Both the position numbers and the translations under genes were made by a program. Below, piece by piece: positions 38,407-49,925 of a DNA stretch of 64,000 nt; the first letter of the stretch is position 1, and each line of letters starts with the position of its first letter. The DNA lies in NCBI RefSeq assembly GCF_003334315.1, contig NZ_QOWR01000023.1, one strand, 5' to 3'. The notes beneath the pieces were generated by a model that did no database searches, had not been told where the DNA came from, and worked only from the letters and a program-made list of their open reading frames with translations. The DNA comes from Escherichia coli (GTDB lineage: Bacteria; Pseudomonadota; Gammaproteobacteria; Enterobacterales; Enterobacteriaceae).

Positions 38407-39432
38407 ATGAAAGCGTTATCCAAACTGAAAGCGGAAGAGGGCATCTGGATGACCGACGTTCCTGTACCGGAACTCGGGCATAACGATCTGCTGATTAAAA
38501 TCCGTAAAACAGCCATCTGCGGGACTGACGTTCACATCTATAACTGGGATGAGTGGTCGCAAAAAACCATCCCGGTGCCGATGGTCGTGGGCCATGAATA
38601 TGTCGGTGAAGTGGTAGGTATTGGTCAGGAAGTGAAAGGCTTCAAGATCGGCGATCGCGTTTCTGGCGAAGGCCATATCACCTGTGGTCATTGCCGCAAC
38701 TGTCGTGGTGGTCGTACCCATTTGTGCCGCAACACGATAGGCGTTGGTGTTAATCGCCCGGGCTGCTTTGCCGAATATCTGGTGATCCCGGCATTCAACG
38801 CCTTCAAAATCCCCGACAATATTTCCGATGACTTAGCCGCAATTTTTGATCCCTTCGGTAACGCCGTGCATACCGCGCTGTCGTTTGATCTGGTGGGCGA
38901 AGATGTGCTGGTTTCTGGTGCAGGCCCGATTGGTATTATGGCAGCGGCGGTGGCGAAACACGTTGGTGCACGCAATGTGGTGATCACTGATGTTAACGAA
39001 TACCGCCTTGAGCTGGCGCGCAAAATGGGTATCACCCGTGCGGTTAACGTCGCGAAAGAAAACCTTAATGATGTGATGGCTGAACTGGGCATGACCGAAG
39101 GCTTTGATGTCGGTCTGGAAATGTCCGGCGCGCCGCCAGCGTTTCGTACCATGCTCGATACCATGAACCACGGCGGTCGTATTGCGATGCTGGGTATTCC
39201 ACCGTCTGACATGTCTATCGACTGGACCAAAGTGATCTTTAAAGGCTTGTTCATTAAAGGCATTTACGGTCGTGAGATGTTTGAAACCTGGTACAAGATG
39301 GCGGCGCTGATTCAGTCTGGCCTCGATCTCTCGCCGATCATTACCCATCGTTTCTCTATCGATGATTTCCAGAAGGGCTTTGACGCCATGCGTTCGGGCC
39401 AGTCCGGGAAAGTTATTCTGAGCTGGGATTAA
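38407..39432 (+). CDS. tdh: L-threonine 3-dehydrogenase
   Basis: 341-aa zinc-ADH family [31 protein letters not shown]. Confidence 0.96.
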   Translation: MKALSKLKAEEGIWMTDVPVPELGHNDLLIKIRKTAICGTDVHIYNWDEWSQKTIPVPMVVGHEYVGEVVGIGQEVKGFKIGDRVSGEGHITCGHCRNCRGGRTHLCRNTIGVGVNRPGCFAEYLVIPAFNAFKIPDNISDDLAAIFDPFGNAVHTALSFDLVGEDVLVSGAGPIGIMAAAVAKHVGARNVVITDVNEYRLELARKMGITRAVNVAKENLNDVMAELGMTEGFDVGLEMSGAPPAFRTMLDTMNHGGRIAMLGIPPSDMSIDWTKVIFKGLFIKGIYGREMFETWYKMAALIQSGLDLSPIITHRFSIDDFQKGFDAMRSGQSGKVILSWD

Positions 39433-39441
39433 CACGAAAAA

Positions 39442-39463
39442 GGGCTGGTATTCCAGCCCTTTT
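39442..39463 (+). terminator. rho-independent terminator of kbl-tdh
   Basis: gggctgg-ta-ttccagccc perfect stem followed by TTTT. Confidence 0.8.
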
Positions 39464-39670
39464 GCCTGAGGATAATCCGTTAAATATGTAAAATCCTGTC
39501 AGTGTAATAAAGATATCGTAATTGCGCTGATCTCTTATATAGCTGCTCTCATTATCTCTCTACCCTGAAGTGACTCTCTCACCTGTAAAAATAATATCTC
39601 ACAGGCTTAATAGTTTCTTAATACAAAGCCTGTAAAACGTCAGGATAACTTCAGAGGTCGTCGGTAATTT

Positions 39671-40705
39671 ATGATGAACAGCACCAATAAACTTAGTGTT
39701 ATTATTCCGTTATATAATGCGGGCGATGATTTCCGCACTTGTATGGAATCTTTAATTACGCAAACCTGGACTGCTCTGGAAATCATTATTATTAACGATG
39801 GTTCAACGGATAATTCTGTTGAAATAGCAAAGCATTACGCAGAAAACTATCCGCACGTTCGTTTGTTGCATCAGGCGAATGCTGGCGCATCGGTGGCGCG
39901 TAATCGTGGGATCGAGGTGGCAACGGGCAAATATGTCGCTTTTGTCGATGCTGACGATGAAGTCTATCCCACCATGTACGAAACGCTGATGACCATGGCG
40001 TTAGAGGACGACCTCGATGTAGCGCAGTGCAACGCTGACTGGTGTTTTCGTGAAACGGGAGAAACCTGGCAATCCATCCCCAGCGATCGCCTTCGCTCAA
40101 CCGGCGTATTAACCGGCCCGGACTGGCTGCGGATGGGGCTTTCTTCGCGCCGTTGGACTCACGTTGTCTGGATGGGGGTTTATCGCCGCGATGTTATTGT
40201 TAAAAATAACATTAAATTTATTGCCGGATTACATCATCAGGATATTGTCTGGACAACAGAATTCATGTTTAACGCTTTGCGTGCGCGATATACCGAGCAA
40301 TCGTTATATAAATATTATCTGCATAATACGTCAGTGAGTCGGTTGCATAGACAAGGGAATAAAAACCTTAATTATCAACGTCACTATATTAAGATTACCC
40401 GCCTGCTGGAGAAATTAAATCGAAATTATGCCGACAAAATTACGATTTATCCGGAATTTCATCAGCAAATAACTTACGAAGCATTGCGTGTTTGCCATGC
40501 GGTGCGCAAAGAGCCGGATATTCTTACCCGCCAACGGATGATTGCCGAGATATTTACTTCCGGTATGTATAAGCGCCTGATTACCAATGTGCGCAGCGTG
40601 AAGGTGGGTTACCAGGCGTTACTGTGGTCTTTCCGCTTATGGCAATGGCGCGACAAAACGCGGTCGCACCATCGCATTACGCGTAGCGCCTTTAATTTGC
40701 ACTAG
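39671..40705 (+). CDS. waaH: GT2-family glycosyltransferase (WaaH/YibD)
   Basis: 344-aa ORF with GT2 N-terminus LSVIIPLYNAGDDF and DADD motif. Confidence 0.9.
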   Translation: MMNSTNKLSVIIPLYNAGDDFRTCMESLITQTWTALEIIIINDGSTDNSVEIAKHYAENYPHVRLLHQANAGASVARNRGIEVATGKYVAFVDADDEVYPTMYETLMTMALEDDLDVAQCNADWCFRETGETWQSIPSDRLRSTGVLTGPDWLRMGLSSRRWTHVVWMGVYRRDVIVKNNIKFIAGLHHQDIVWTTEFMFNALRARYTEQSLYKYYLHNTSVSRLHRQGNKNLNYQRHYIKITRLLEKLNRNYADKITIYPEFHQQITYEALRVCHAVRKEPDILTRQRMIAEIFTSGMYKRLITNVRSVKVGYQALLWSFRLWQWRDKTRSHHRITRSAFNLH

Positions 40706-41651
40706 CGTTAAGTTTTGCCGCTTCGGGCTGCTTGCCCCAGCCTTGCCACTGATGCTGGAAGTAAACGATCAGCGTGCTCTGGCTGATGCTTTCGCTTAAT
40801 ACTTCAAAGAAGCGATTAGCATAAACAGGTTCTATCGGTTTCTTCGGTTTGCACAGCTTCACGCCACGGAACGGATTACGCGGTGCATCAGGCACAGCGT
40901 TTTTCGGCGGTGTAGAAGTATCAACCTGCGGTTCATTCAGCAAGCTGCTGGCTTTCACCAGCGTAATGTCTGGCGGCAGGTTATAAACCATCTGTTGCAA
41001 CACGCGTACCGTTGCAGGGTGAGGATGCCCAATGGCAATGGTCGAACCGTTGCGACGCGCCAGGTCAATTGCGCGATTAAATTGCACACGGATGTCCGCT
41101 TCATTTTGCGAATCGTCGAGGAATACCTTCCGTTTGATCACCTTCACGCCAGTGCCTTGCGCGGCGCGCATCGCCTGGGTATTACCGATGGTTACGCTGT
41201 CGAGGAAGTAAAGATTGTAACGCTCCAGCGCCTGCATCACTTTCTGCATACCAAACAGGTTAGAGGTCATCTTGCTGCCCATGTGGTTGTTGATCCCCAC
41301 GGCATAGGGCACGTTATTGACCGCACTACGAATAATGCGCTCAATTTCGTCGCTGCTCATCTCCGGGCGTAGCGTATTTTTCTCCAGCGGCTGTTTACTC
41401 AACGGTGCCATCGGGAGATGAATCAACACTTCGTGCCCGCTGTTATGCGCTTTGGTCGCCATCTCTCTGGCGTGCGGTGAATCGGGTAATACAGCGACGG
41501 AGATAGCGGAAGGCATCGCCAGCACCTGGTTTTCGTTGTGCGGGCGATACCCAAAATCATCAATGACGATGGCAAGTTTGCCAGCAAGTACGGGGGAGGA
41601 GAGCGCCAACAGAGCGGCAAATGCAAGAACGTTACGACGAAATGGAAACAA
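40692..41651 (-). CDS. yibQ: divergent polysaccharide deacetylase family protein
   Basis: 319-aa ORF with signal peptide; 3' end overlaps the waaH 3' end by 14 bp (convergent). Confidence 0.88.
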   Translation of the reverse strand: MFPFRRNVLAFAALLALSSPVLAGKLAIVIDDFGYRPHNENQVLAMPSAISVAVLPDSPHAREMATKAHNSGHEVLIHLPMAPLSKQPLEKNTLRPEMSSDEIERIIRSAVNNVPYAVGINNHMGSKMTSNLFGMQKVMQALERYNLYFLDSVTIGNTQAMRAAQGTGVKVIKRKVFLDDSQNEADIRVQFNRAIDLARRNGSTIAIGHPHPATVRVLQQMVYNLPPDITLVKASSLLNEPQVDTSTPPKNAVPDAPRNPFRGVKLCKPKKPIEPVYANRFFEVLSESISQSTLIVYFQHQWQGWGKQPEAAKLNASAN

Positions 41652-41654
41652 AAC

Positions 41655-42914
41655 TTATCTTCCCAACCACGGCTGTGGATTGACCGCCTGACCCTGGCGG
41701 CGAATTTCGAAATAGAGTGAAGGCCGACCCTGACCGCCACTGCTGCCCACCAGTGCAATCGGCTGGCCCGCGCGAACCTGCGAACCAACGCTCACCAGTG
41801 CGCTCTGATTATAGCCGTAAAGACTCATGTCGCCTTTACCATGCTCAACCACCACCACCAGACCGTAGCCTTGCAGCCAGTCAGCCAGAATCACCCGACC
41901 GTCGGCAATCGCTTTAACTTCAGTACCTTCAGAAGCACCGATAACCATACCTTTCCAGCGTAATTCACCCTGTAGCTGTTCGCCATAGCGATGCAGCGTC
42001 GGCCCGCGAACCGGCCAGAATGCCTGACCACGCGGCGCGCCCAGACCACCGGTACGGGACATCAGCGATTTTTCGCTTTCGGTCGGTTTGTAGGTGGTGC
42101 CTTTGCGCGTCGCTTCTTTCTGGCGGTCGCGAACCGCCTGGGCCTCACGTGCTTCTCGTTCTGCACGCGCTTTCGCCGCGGCTTCCGCACGGGCAATGCT
42201 GTTACGCAGACGGGATTCGTTGGCGCGCAGCTCGCTCAACTGTTGCTGACCTTGCTGGATGGAAGACTCCAGCCCTGCCAGCGTCTTTTTACGCTCGTTC
42301 AGCGCCTGAGTCAGTTTCGCCTGTTGGGCGCGCTGCTCATATAACAGCGTTTGTTGCTCGCTCTGTTTCTCTTCCAGTTCAGCACGCTGCATGGCGACTT
42401 CTTCACGCGTTTGCTTCAACTGGGCAATGGTTTCTTGTCGCGCCTGGTTGAGATAGCCGAAATAAGCCTGTAAACGCTGTCCACGCTGGCTTTCTTCACC
42501 GCTGAGAATCAGCTGAATACCGGTATGCTCGCCCTGACGGAATGCGGCATCCAGTTGTGCGGCGAGGCTGCGCTCCTGGGCGGCTTTTTGCTGCTCCAGT
42601 TTGGCAATCGACGCGTTCATCTCATCAATCTGTTTATTGAGTTGATTGAGCGTGTTTTGCGTTTCGCGCAGCTTACGGGTGGCTTCAGAGATCGCTTCTT
42701 CCTGCTTTTTCAATTGTGCGAGCAGGCTTGCGCGTTGTTGTTGCTTTTGGCGTACCGCGCGCTCTTTTGCGGCGATGTCAGCCTGAATAGATTTGAGTTG
42801 GTCACGCTCATCCGCGTGGGCGGAAAAGGCGCACAACAATACGCCAGCGCTAAGAACGCTGGCGTAGATGATGGGCCTGATTGCAAACCTGCGCGGTTTC
42901 ACGGCCCGTGTCAT
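41655..42914 (-). CDS. envC: murein hydrolase activator EnvC (coiled coil plus LytM domain)
   Basis: ORF track 41655..42938; start trimmed to MTRAVKPRRFAIRP (419 aa); long Q/A/E-rich coiled coil then a C-terminal LytM-like domain. Confidence 0.92.
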   Translation of the reverse strand: MTRAVKPRRFAIRPIIYASVLSAGVLLCAFSAHADERDQLKSIQADIAAKERAVRQKQQQRASLLAQLKKQEEAISEATRKLRETQNTLNQLNKQIDEMNASIAKLEQQKAAQERSLAAQLDAAFRQGEHTGIQLILSGEESQRGQRLQAYFGYLNQARQETIAQLKQTREEVAMQRAELEEKQSEQQTLLYEQRAQQAKLTQALNERKKTLAGLESSIQQGQQQLSELRANESRLRNSIARAEAAAKARAEREAREAQAVRDRQKEATRKGTTYKPTESEKSLMSRTGGLGAPRGQAFWPVRGPTLHRYGEQLQGELRWKGMVIGASEGTEVKAIADGRVILADWLQGYGLVVVVEHGKGDMSLYGYNQSALVSVGSQVRAGQPIALVGSSGGQGRPSLYFEIRRQGQAVNPQPWLGR

Positions 42915-42947
42915 GGTATTAATCGCCTTTCCCCTCATGGGGAGGGA

Positions 42948-44492
42948 TTATTCCACGATGAACAGCGGCTTACCAGTCATCTCTTGCGGGATTTCCATAC
43001 CCATCAGCGACAACATGGTCGGCGCGATGTCAGAAAGTTTGCCGCCTTCAACCGCTTTCACGTTCTTATCACCAACGTAAATCAGCGGAACTGGCAGGTT
43101 GGTGTGTGCCGTGTGTGCCTGACCCGTTGCCGGATCGCGCATCTGCTCAGCGTTACCGTGGTCAGCGGTGATCAGCAGTTGTCCACCCACGGACTCAACC
43201 GCTTTCGCGACTTCTTCCACGCAGTGATCCAGCGCTTCAACTGCTTTAACCGCCGCTTCCATCACCCCGGTGTGACCTACCATGTCGCCGTTCGGATAGT
43301 TACAGATAATGGTGTCGTATTTGCCGCTCTTGATTGCCGCAACCAGTTTTTCGGTCAGCTCTGCGGAGCTCATTTCCGGTTGCAGATCGTAGGTAGCCAC
43401 TTTCGGTGAGTTGATCAGAATGCGATCTTCGCCTTTGAACGACTCTTCTACGCCACCGTTGAAGAAGAAAGTAACGTGGGCATATTTTTCGGTTTCGGAA
43501 ATACGCAACTGAGTTTTGTCGTTTTTCGCCATCCACTCGCCGAAGGTGTTAACCAGGGAAGCGGGTGGGTAAGCAACCGCAGTTTTGATGTCAGCGGCGT
43601 ATTCGGTCAGCATCACGAAATCGACGTTAACCACTTTCTTACGCGCGAAGCCGTCGAAATCTGCGTTTACGAATGCACGAGTGATTTCGCGCGCGCGGTC
43701 AGCACGGAAGTTCATGAAAATCAGCGCATCGCCGTCTTCCATTGCCGCATCTGGCTGACCTTCTGCACGAATAACGGTCGCTTTCACGAACTCGTCGTTT
43801 TCGTCGCGAGCATAAGCTGCCTGCAAACCAGCAACGGCAGTATCGGCCTGGAACTCACCCTGCGCCAGAGTCAGCAGGTCATAGGCTTTTTCAACGCGAT
43901 CCCAACGGTTATCGCGGTCCATCGCGTAGTAACGACCAATGATGGACGCTACGCGGCCTTTACCCAGCGCAGCAAATTTCTCTTCAAATTTTTTCAGCGA
44001 GGATTCAGCACTGCGCGGCGGGGTGTCGCGACCGTCAAGGAATGCGTGCAGGTAGATTTTTTCTGCGCCGCGTTCAGCTGCCAGTTCTACCATCGCCATG
44101 ATGTGATCTTCGTGGCTGTGTACGCCGCCTGCGGAGAGCAGACCCATAATGTGTACCGCTTTGCCTGCGTTTTTCGCTTTATCTACCGCGCCAGTCAGCA
44201 CCGGATTAGCAAAGAAAGCGCGATCTTTGATTTCAACGTCCAGACGAGTCAGGTCCTGATACACGATGCGGCCGGCACCCAGGTTAACGTGGCCTACTTC
44301 GGAGTTACCCATCTGACGGTCAGGCAGACCGACTTCCAGACCGGAAGCGTCGATTAGGGTATGCGGACGATTGGCCCACAGTGCATCCATTACCGGGGTT
44401 TTAGCACTAAAAATGGCGTTATCCTGCTGTTCTTCGCGATAGCCATAGCCATCCAGAATCACCAGTACCATAGGTTTTTTAGAAACCAACAT
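42948..44492 (-). CDS. gpmM: 2,3-bisphosphoglycerate-independent phosphoglycerate mutase
   Basis: ORF track 42948..44636; start trimmed to [20 protein letters not shown] (514 aa); cat seen at 44490-44492. Confidence 0.95.
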   Translation of the reverse strand: MLVSKKPMVLVILDGYGYREEQQDNAIFSAKTPVMDALWANRPHTLIDASGLEVGLPDRQMGNSEVGHVNLGAGRIVYQDLTRLDVEIKDRAFFANPVLTGAVDKAKNAGKAVHIMGLLSAGGVHSHEDHIMAMVELAAERGAEKIYLHAFLDGRDTPPRSAESSLKKFEEKFAALGKGRVASIIGRYYAMDRDNRWDRVEKAYDLLTLAQGEFQADTAVAGLQAAYARDENDEFVKATVIRAEGQPDAAMEDGDALIFMNFRADRAREITRAFVNADFDGFARKKVVNVDFVMLTEYAADIKTAVAYPPASLVNTFGEWMAKNDKTQLRISETEKYAHVTFFFNGGVEESFKGEDRILINSPKVATYDLQPEMSSAELTEKLVAAIKSGKYDTIICNYPNGDMVGHTGVMEAAVKAVEALDHCVEEVAKAVESVGGQLLITADHGNAEQMRDPATGQAHTAHTNLPVPLIYVGDKNVKAVEGGKLSDIAPTMLSLMGMEIPQEMTGKPLFIVE

Positions 44493-44736
44493 TGCGACAA
44501 CCTCATACTCAAGAGTCAAAATTTGCGTAATTTTACTACAGCTGAATCGATAAAATAGCCTCTGAAGATCAAAATATACGACCGCTCGCGGCAAGCCGAT
44601 GCCAGATTTACGCTTTTTTTTCGTCGCGCCCCGCAAAATTGCATTCCAGTTAACGCGCTGGCTGTATTTGCCGCACCGCGCAGGTATACTCCTTTCCTGG
44701 TTTTTTTAATCACTACGTCGGGAGTTGTTACCCCCC

Positions 44737-45168
44737 ATGCAAGAAATTATGCAATTTGTTGGCCGTCATCCCATACTGAGTATCGCCTGGATCGCGTTAC
44801 TGGTGGCGGTTCTTGTGACTACGTTTAAGAGCCTGACCTCGAAAGTGAAGGTGATTACTCGTGGTGAAGCTACGCGTCTGATCAACAAAGAAGACGCTGT
44901 GGTTGTGGATTTACGTCAGCGTGATGACTTCCGTAAAGGCCATATCGCAGGTTCTATTAATCTGTTGCCGAGCGAAATCAAAGCCAACAATGTTGGTGAG
45001 CTTGAGAAGCACAAAGACAAACCGGTTATCGTGGTAGACGGTTCTGGCATGCAGTGCCAGGAGCCTGCAAACGCACTGACGAAAGCTGGTTTTGCGCAAG
45101 TATTCGTGCTGAAAGAAGGCGTCGCTGGCTGGGCTGGCGAAAACTTGCCTTTGGTGCGCGGCAAATAA
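44737..45168 (+). CDS. yibN: rhodanese-domain inner-membrane protein
   Basis: ORF track 44725..45168; start trimmed to [22 protein letters not shown] (143 aa). Confidence 0.9.
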
Positions 45169-45309
45169 TTTACCTGTCGTCTTTCATGATGCAGGCCGTT
45201 AGCTGCAATTAGGCCCCCAGCGACTTATTGTTATAAGCTTCTGGGGACACTCCATTTTGCTGCCGCCCTGCAACATGAAATTTCAGGGTAAAAAAACAGG
45301 AGCTAATTT

Positions 45310-45561
45310 ATGGCCAATGTTGAAATCTATACCAAAGAAACCTGCCCGTATTGCCATCGTGCAAAAGCACTGCTGAGCAGCAAGGGCGTGAGTTTCCAGG
45401 AGCTGCCGATCGATGGCAACGCCGCCAAGCGTGAAGAGATGATCAAACGCAGCGGTCGCACCACGGTTCCCCAGATTTTTATTGACGCACAGCACATTGG
45501 CGGCTGTGATGACTTGTATGCATTGGATGCACGTGGTGGACTGGATCCCCTGCTGAAATAA
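45310..45561 (+). CDS. grxC: glutaredoxin 3
   Basis: 83-aa ORF with CPYC active site ([19 protein letters not shown]). Confidence 0.97.
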
Positions 45562-45623
45562 CGTGTGAACGTTGGCATTACATTGCGCAGTATTTAAGGA
45601 CAACACTTAAGGGTTTTCTACAC

Positions 45624-46091
45624 ATGTCAGAACAAAACAACACTGAAATGACTTTCCAGATCCAACGTATTTATACCAAGGATATCTCTTTCGAAGCGCC
45701 GAACGCGCCGCACGTTTTCCAGAAAGATTGGCAACCAGAAGTTAAACTTGATCTGGATACGGCATCTTCCCAACTGGCAGATGACGTATACGAAGTGGTA
45801 CTGCGTGTTACCGTAACGGCCTCTTTGGGCGAAGAAACCGCGTTCCTGTGTGAAGTTCAGCAGGGCGGTATTTTCTCCATCGCGGGTATCGAAGGCACCC
45901 AGATGGCGCATTGCCTGGGAGCATACTGCCCGAACATTCTGTTCCCGTATGCTCGTGAGTGCATCACCAGCATGGTATCCCGCGGTACATTCCCGCAACT
46001 GAACCTTGCGCCGGTTAACTTCGATGCGCTGTTCATGAACTATTTGCAGCAGCAGGCTGGCGAAGGTACTGAAGAACATCAGGATGCCTGA
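45624..46091 (+). CDS. secB: protein-export chaperone SecB
   Basis: 155-aa [32 protein letters not shown]. Confidence 0.97.
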
Positions 46092-47110
46092 TGAACCAAC
46101 GTAATGCTTCAATGACTGTGATCGGTGCCGGCTCGTACGGCACCGCTCTTGCCATCACCCTGGCAAGAAATGGCCACGAGGTTGTCCTCTGGGGCCATGA
46201 CCCTGAACATATCGCAACGCTTGAACGCGACCGCTGTAACGCCGCGTTTCTCCCCGATGTGCCTTTTCCCGATACGCTCCATCTTGAAAGCGATCTCGCC
46301 ACTGCGCTGGCAGCCAGCCGTAATATTCTCGTCGTCGTACCCAGCCATGTCTTTGGTGAAGTGCTGCGCCAGATTAAACCACTGATGCGTCCTGATGCGC
46401 GTCTGGTGTGGGCGACCAAAGGGCTGGAAGCGGAAACCGGACGTCTGTTACAGGACGTGGCGCGTGAGGCCTTAGGCGATCAAATTCCGCTGGCGGTTAT
46501 CTCTGGCCCAACGTTTGCGAAAGAACTGGCGGCAGGTTTACCGACAGCTATTTCGCTGGCCTCGACCGATCAGACCTTTGCCGATGATCTCCAGCAGCTG
46601 CTGCACTGCGGCAAAAGTTTCCGCGTTTACAGCAATCCGGATTTCATTGGCGTGCAGCTTGGCGGCGCGGTGAAAAACGTTATTGCCATTGGTGCGGGGA
46701 TGTCCGACGGTATCGGTTTTGGTGCGAATGCGCGTACGGCGCTGATCACCCGTGGGCTGGCTGAAATGTCGCGTCTTGGTGCGGCGCTGGGTGCCGACCC
46801 TGCCACCTTTATGGGCATGGCGGGGCTTGGCGATCTGGTGCTTACCTGTACCGACAACCAGTCGCGTAACCGCCGTTTTGGCATGATGCTCGGTCAGGGC
46901 ATGGATGTACAAAGCGCGCAGGAGAAGATTGGTCAGGTGGTGGAAGGCTACCGCAATACGAAAGAAGTCCGCGAACTGGCGCATCGCTTCGGCGTTGAAA
47001 TGCCAATAACCGAGGAAATTTATCAAGTATTATATTGCGGAAAAAACGCGCGCGAGGCAGCATTGACTTTACTAGGTCGTGCACGCAAGGACGAGCGCAG
47101 CAGCCACTAA
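46091..47110 (+). CDS. gpsA: NAD(P)H-dependent glycerol-3-phosphate dehydrogenase
   Basis: 339-aa [32 protein letters not shown]; start overlaps the secB stop (TGATG). Confidence 0.96.
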   Translation: MNQRNASMTVIGAGSYGTALAITLARNGHEVVLWGHDPEHIATLERDRCNAAFLPDVPFPDTLHLESDLATALAASRNILVVVPSHVFGEVLRQIKPLMRPDARLVWATKGLEAETGRLLQDVAREALGDQIPLAVISGPTFAKELAAGLPTAISLASTDQTFADDLQQLLHCGKSFRVYSNPDFIGVQLGGAVKNVIAIGAGMSDGIGFGANARTALITRGLAEMSRLGAALGADPATFMGMAGLGDLVLTCTDNQSRNRRFGMMLGQGMDVQSAQEKIGQVVEGYRNTKEVRELAHRFGVEMPITEEIYQVLYCGKNAREAALTLLGRARKDERSSH

Positions 47111-47189
47111 CCCCAGGGAACCTTTGTTACCGCTATGACCCGGCCCGCGCAGAACGGGCCGGTCATTATCTCATCGTGTGGAGTAAGCA

Positions 47190-48011
47190 ATGTCGTGTGA
47201 AGAACTGGAAATTGTCTGGAACAATATTAAAGCCGAAGCCAGAACGCTGGCGGACTGTGAGCCAATGCTGGCCAGTTTTTACCACGCGACGCTACTCAAG
47301 CACGAAAACCTTGGCAGTGCACTGAGCTACATGCTGGCGAACAAGCTGTCATCGCCAATTATGCCTGCTATTGCTATCCGTGAAGTGGTGGAAGAAGCCT
47401 ACGCCGCTGACCCGGAAATGATCGCCTCTGCGGCCTGTGATATTCAGGCGGTGCGTACCCGCGACCCGGCAGTCGATAAATACTCAACCCCGTTGTTATA
47501 CCTGAAGGGTTTTCATGCCTTGCAGGCCTATCGCATCGGTCACTGGTTGTGGAATCAGGGGCGTCGCGCACTGGCAATCTTTCTGCAAAACCAGGTTTCT
47601 GTGACGTTCCAGGTCGATATTCACCCGGCAGCAAAAATTGGTCGCGGTATCATGCTTGACCACGCGACAGGCATCGTCGTTGGTGAAACGGCGGTGATTG
47701 AAAACGACGTATCGATTCTGCAATCTGTGACGCTTGGCGGTACGGGTAAATCTGGTGGTGACCGTCACCCGAAAATTCGTGAAGGTGTGATGATTGGCGC
47801 GGGCGCGAAAATCCTCGGCAATATTGAAGTTGGGCGCGGCGCGAAGATTGGCGCAGGTTCCGTGGTGCTGCAACCGGTGCCGCCGCATACCACCGCCGCT
47901 GGCGTTCCGGCTCGTATTGTCGGTAAACCAGACAGCGATAAGCCATCAATGGATATGGACCAGCATTTCAACGGTATTAACCATACATTTGAGTATGGGG
48001 ATGGGATCTAA
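47190..48011 (+). CDS. cysE: serine O-acetyltransferase
   Basis: 273-aa ORF with hexapeptide repeats, MSCEELEIVWNNIKAEARTLADCEPMLASFYHA. Confidence 0.96.
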   Translation: MSCEELEIVWNNIKAEARTLADCEPMLASFYHATLLKHENLGSALSYMLANKLSSPIMPAIAIREVVEEAYAADPEMIASAACDIQAVRTRDPAVDKYSTPLLYLKGFHALQAYRIGHWLWNQGRRALAIFLQNQVSVTFQVDIHPAAKIGRGIMLDHATGIVVGETAVIENDVSILQSVTLGGTGKSGGDRHPKIREGVMIGAGAKILGNIEVGRGAKIGAGSVVLQPVPPHTTAAGVPARIVGKPDSDKPSMDMDQHFNGINHTFEYGDGI

Positions 48012-48063
48012 TGTCCTGTGATCGTGCCGGATGCGATGTAATCATCTATCCGGCCTACAGTAA

Positions 48064-48537
48064 CTAATCTCTCAATACCGCTCCCGGATACCCCAACTGC
48101 CGCCAGGCTTCATACACCACTACCGACACCGCATTGGACAGATTCATGCTGCGGCTGTCCGGCACCATCGGAATGCGAATTTTTTGTTCAGCGGGCAGGG
48201 CATCAAGAATGCTCGCTGGCAGGCCGCGTGTTTCCGGGCCGAACATCAGATAATCGCCATCCTGATAGCTTACGGCGCTGTGAGCAGGTGTACCTTTCGT
48301 GGTGAGGGCGAACAGGCGCTGGGGATTTTCTGCTTCGAGGAACGCGCGATAGTCATGATGACGCGTAACGGCGGTAAACTCGTGATAGTCCAGCCCCGCG
48401 CGGCGCAGGCGCTTATCGTCCCAGGCAAATCCCATCGGTTCGATGATATGCAGACGAAAGCCGGTATTAGCGCAAAGACGGATGATGTTGCCAGTATTTG
48501 GCGGAATTTCTGGTTCGTAAAGTACGATGTTTAGCAT
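48064..48537 (-). CDS. trmL: tRNA (cytidine/uridine-2'-O)-methyltransferase TrmL
   Basis: 157-aa SpoU-family [30 protein letters not shown]. Confidence 0.95.
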   Translation of the reverse strand: MLNIVLYEPEIPPNTGNIIRLCANTGFRLHIIEPMGFAWDDKRLRRAGLDYHEFTAVTRHHDYRAFLEAENPQRLFALTTKGTPAHSAVSYQDGDYLMFGPETRGLPASILDALPAEQKIRIPMVPDSRSMNLSNAVSVVVYEAWRQLGYPGAVLRD

Positions 48538-48539
48538 AC

Positions 48540-48730
48540 TGCCCCCTTAGTGCGGGGGCAGGATAGCAGAAAATTGGTGAGCAGTGCGGCCTTTTCCCCT
48601 CACCCCGGCCCTCTCCCCGGAGGGGCGAGGGAGAAAAAAAGAGTGCGGTGTCGTTTCAGAGTGAGGGAGTACATACAGCGCCGAACGGTCCCCTCTCCCT
48701 GAGGGAGAGGGTTAGGGTGAGGGGGCGCAA
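48540..48730. repeat. cluster of GC-rich hairpin repeats between trmL and lldD
   Basis: Several short palindromes (gcccccttagtgcgggggc; ccctctcccc-gg-aggggcgaggg; cccctctccctgagggagaggg; ggtgaggggg) with no coding potential. Confidence 0.6.
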
Positions 48731-48734
48731 ACGA

Positions 48735-49925
48735 CTATGCCGCATTCCCTTTCGCCATGGGAGCCAGTGCCGCAGGCAACTCTTTACCCAGCCCCTGCAC
48801 CAGCGAATCTTGCGTAATTTCGCTGATCGATTTCGCGCCAGTCAGCGTCATCGCCACTTTCATCTCTTTTTCGATCAGATTTAGCAGGTTAGCTACACCC
48901 GCCTGGCCCGCTGTTGCCAGCGCATACAAGAAAGCACGACCCAGCAGTACGGTGTCGGCACCGAGCGCAATCATACGCACGACATCAAGCCCGTTACGAA
49001 TTCCGCTATCCGCCAGAATGGCTATATCACCTTTCACCGCATCTGCAATAGCAGGCAGTGCACGGGCGGAAGAGAGTACACCGTCCAGCTGGCGGCCACC
49101 GTGGTTAGAAACCACAATTCCATCAGCACCAAAACGTACTGCATCGCGCGCATCTTCCGGATCGAGGATCCCTTTGATCACCATCGGGCCATCCCAGAAA
49201 TCGCGGATCCATTCAAGGTCTTTCCATGAGATGGACGGATCGAAGTTATTCCCCAGCCAGCCGATGTAATCTTCCAGTCCGGTCGGTTTGCCGAGATAAG
49301 CTGAGATATTACCTAAATCATGTGGACGACCGTTCAGGCCCACATCCCACGCCCATTGCGGATGTGTCACCGCTTGCAAGTAGCGGCGCATTGCCGCGTT
49401 CGGGCCGCTCATACCTGAATGCGCATCACGGTAGCGTGCGCCCGGTGTCGGCATATCCACGGTGAAAACCAGCGTCGAACAACCCGCTGCTTTTGCTCGC
49501 TCCAGCGCGTTACGCATAAAGCCGCGATCGCGCAGTACATAAAGCTGGAACCACATTGGGCGCTTGATGGCTGGCGCGACTTCTTCAATCGGGCAAACGG
49601 AAACCGTCGAGAGAGTAAACGGAATACCATGCGCGTCCGCCGCTTTGGCTGCCTGAACTTCGCCACGACGCGCATACATGCCACACAAACCCACCGGAGC
49701 CAGTGCCACCGGCATCGACAATTTCTCATTAAACAGCGTCGTTTCCAGGCTTAAGTCGGACATGTTTTTCAGAATACGCTGGCGCAGCGCCACTTCTGAC
49801 AAATCTTCCACGTTGCGGCGCAGCGTGTATTCAGAATATGCACCACCATCCATATAGTGGAACAGGAACGGCGGCAGAATGCGTTGCGCTGCGGCGCGAT
49901 AATCGCTGGCTGCGGAAATAATCAT
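48735..49925 (-). CDS. lldD: FMN-dependent L-lactate dehydrogenase
   Basis: 396-aa [31 protein letters not shown]. Confidence 0.96.

Noticed and set aside
42525-43409. 294-aa plus-strand ORF
   Set aside because: Antisense to envC and gpmM; low-complexity translation, so spurious.
43476-44357. 293-aa plus-strand ORF
   Set aside because: Antisense to gpmM, which is the recognisable coding frame.
48540-48730. Possible CRISPR array, given the repeated GC-rich palindromes
   Set aside because: The repeats are imperfect, of different lengths, and not separated by regular spacers; they fit REP-like intergenic elements, and no cas genes are nearby.
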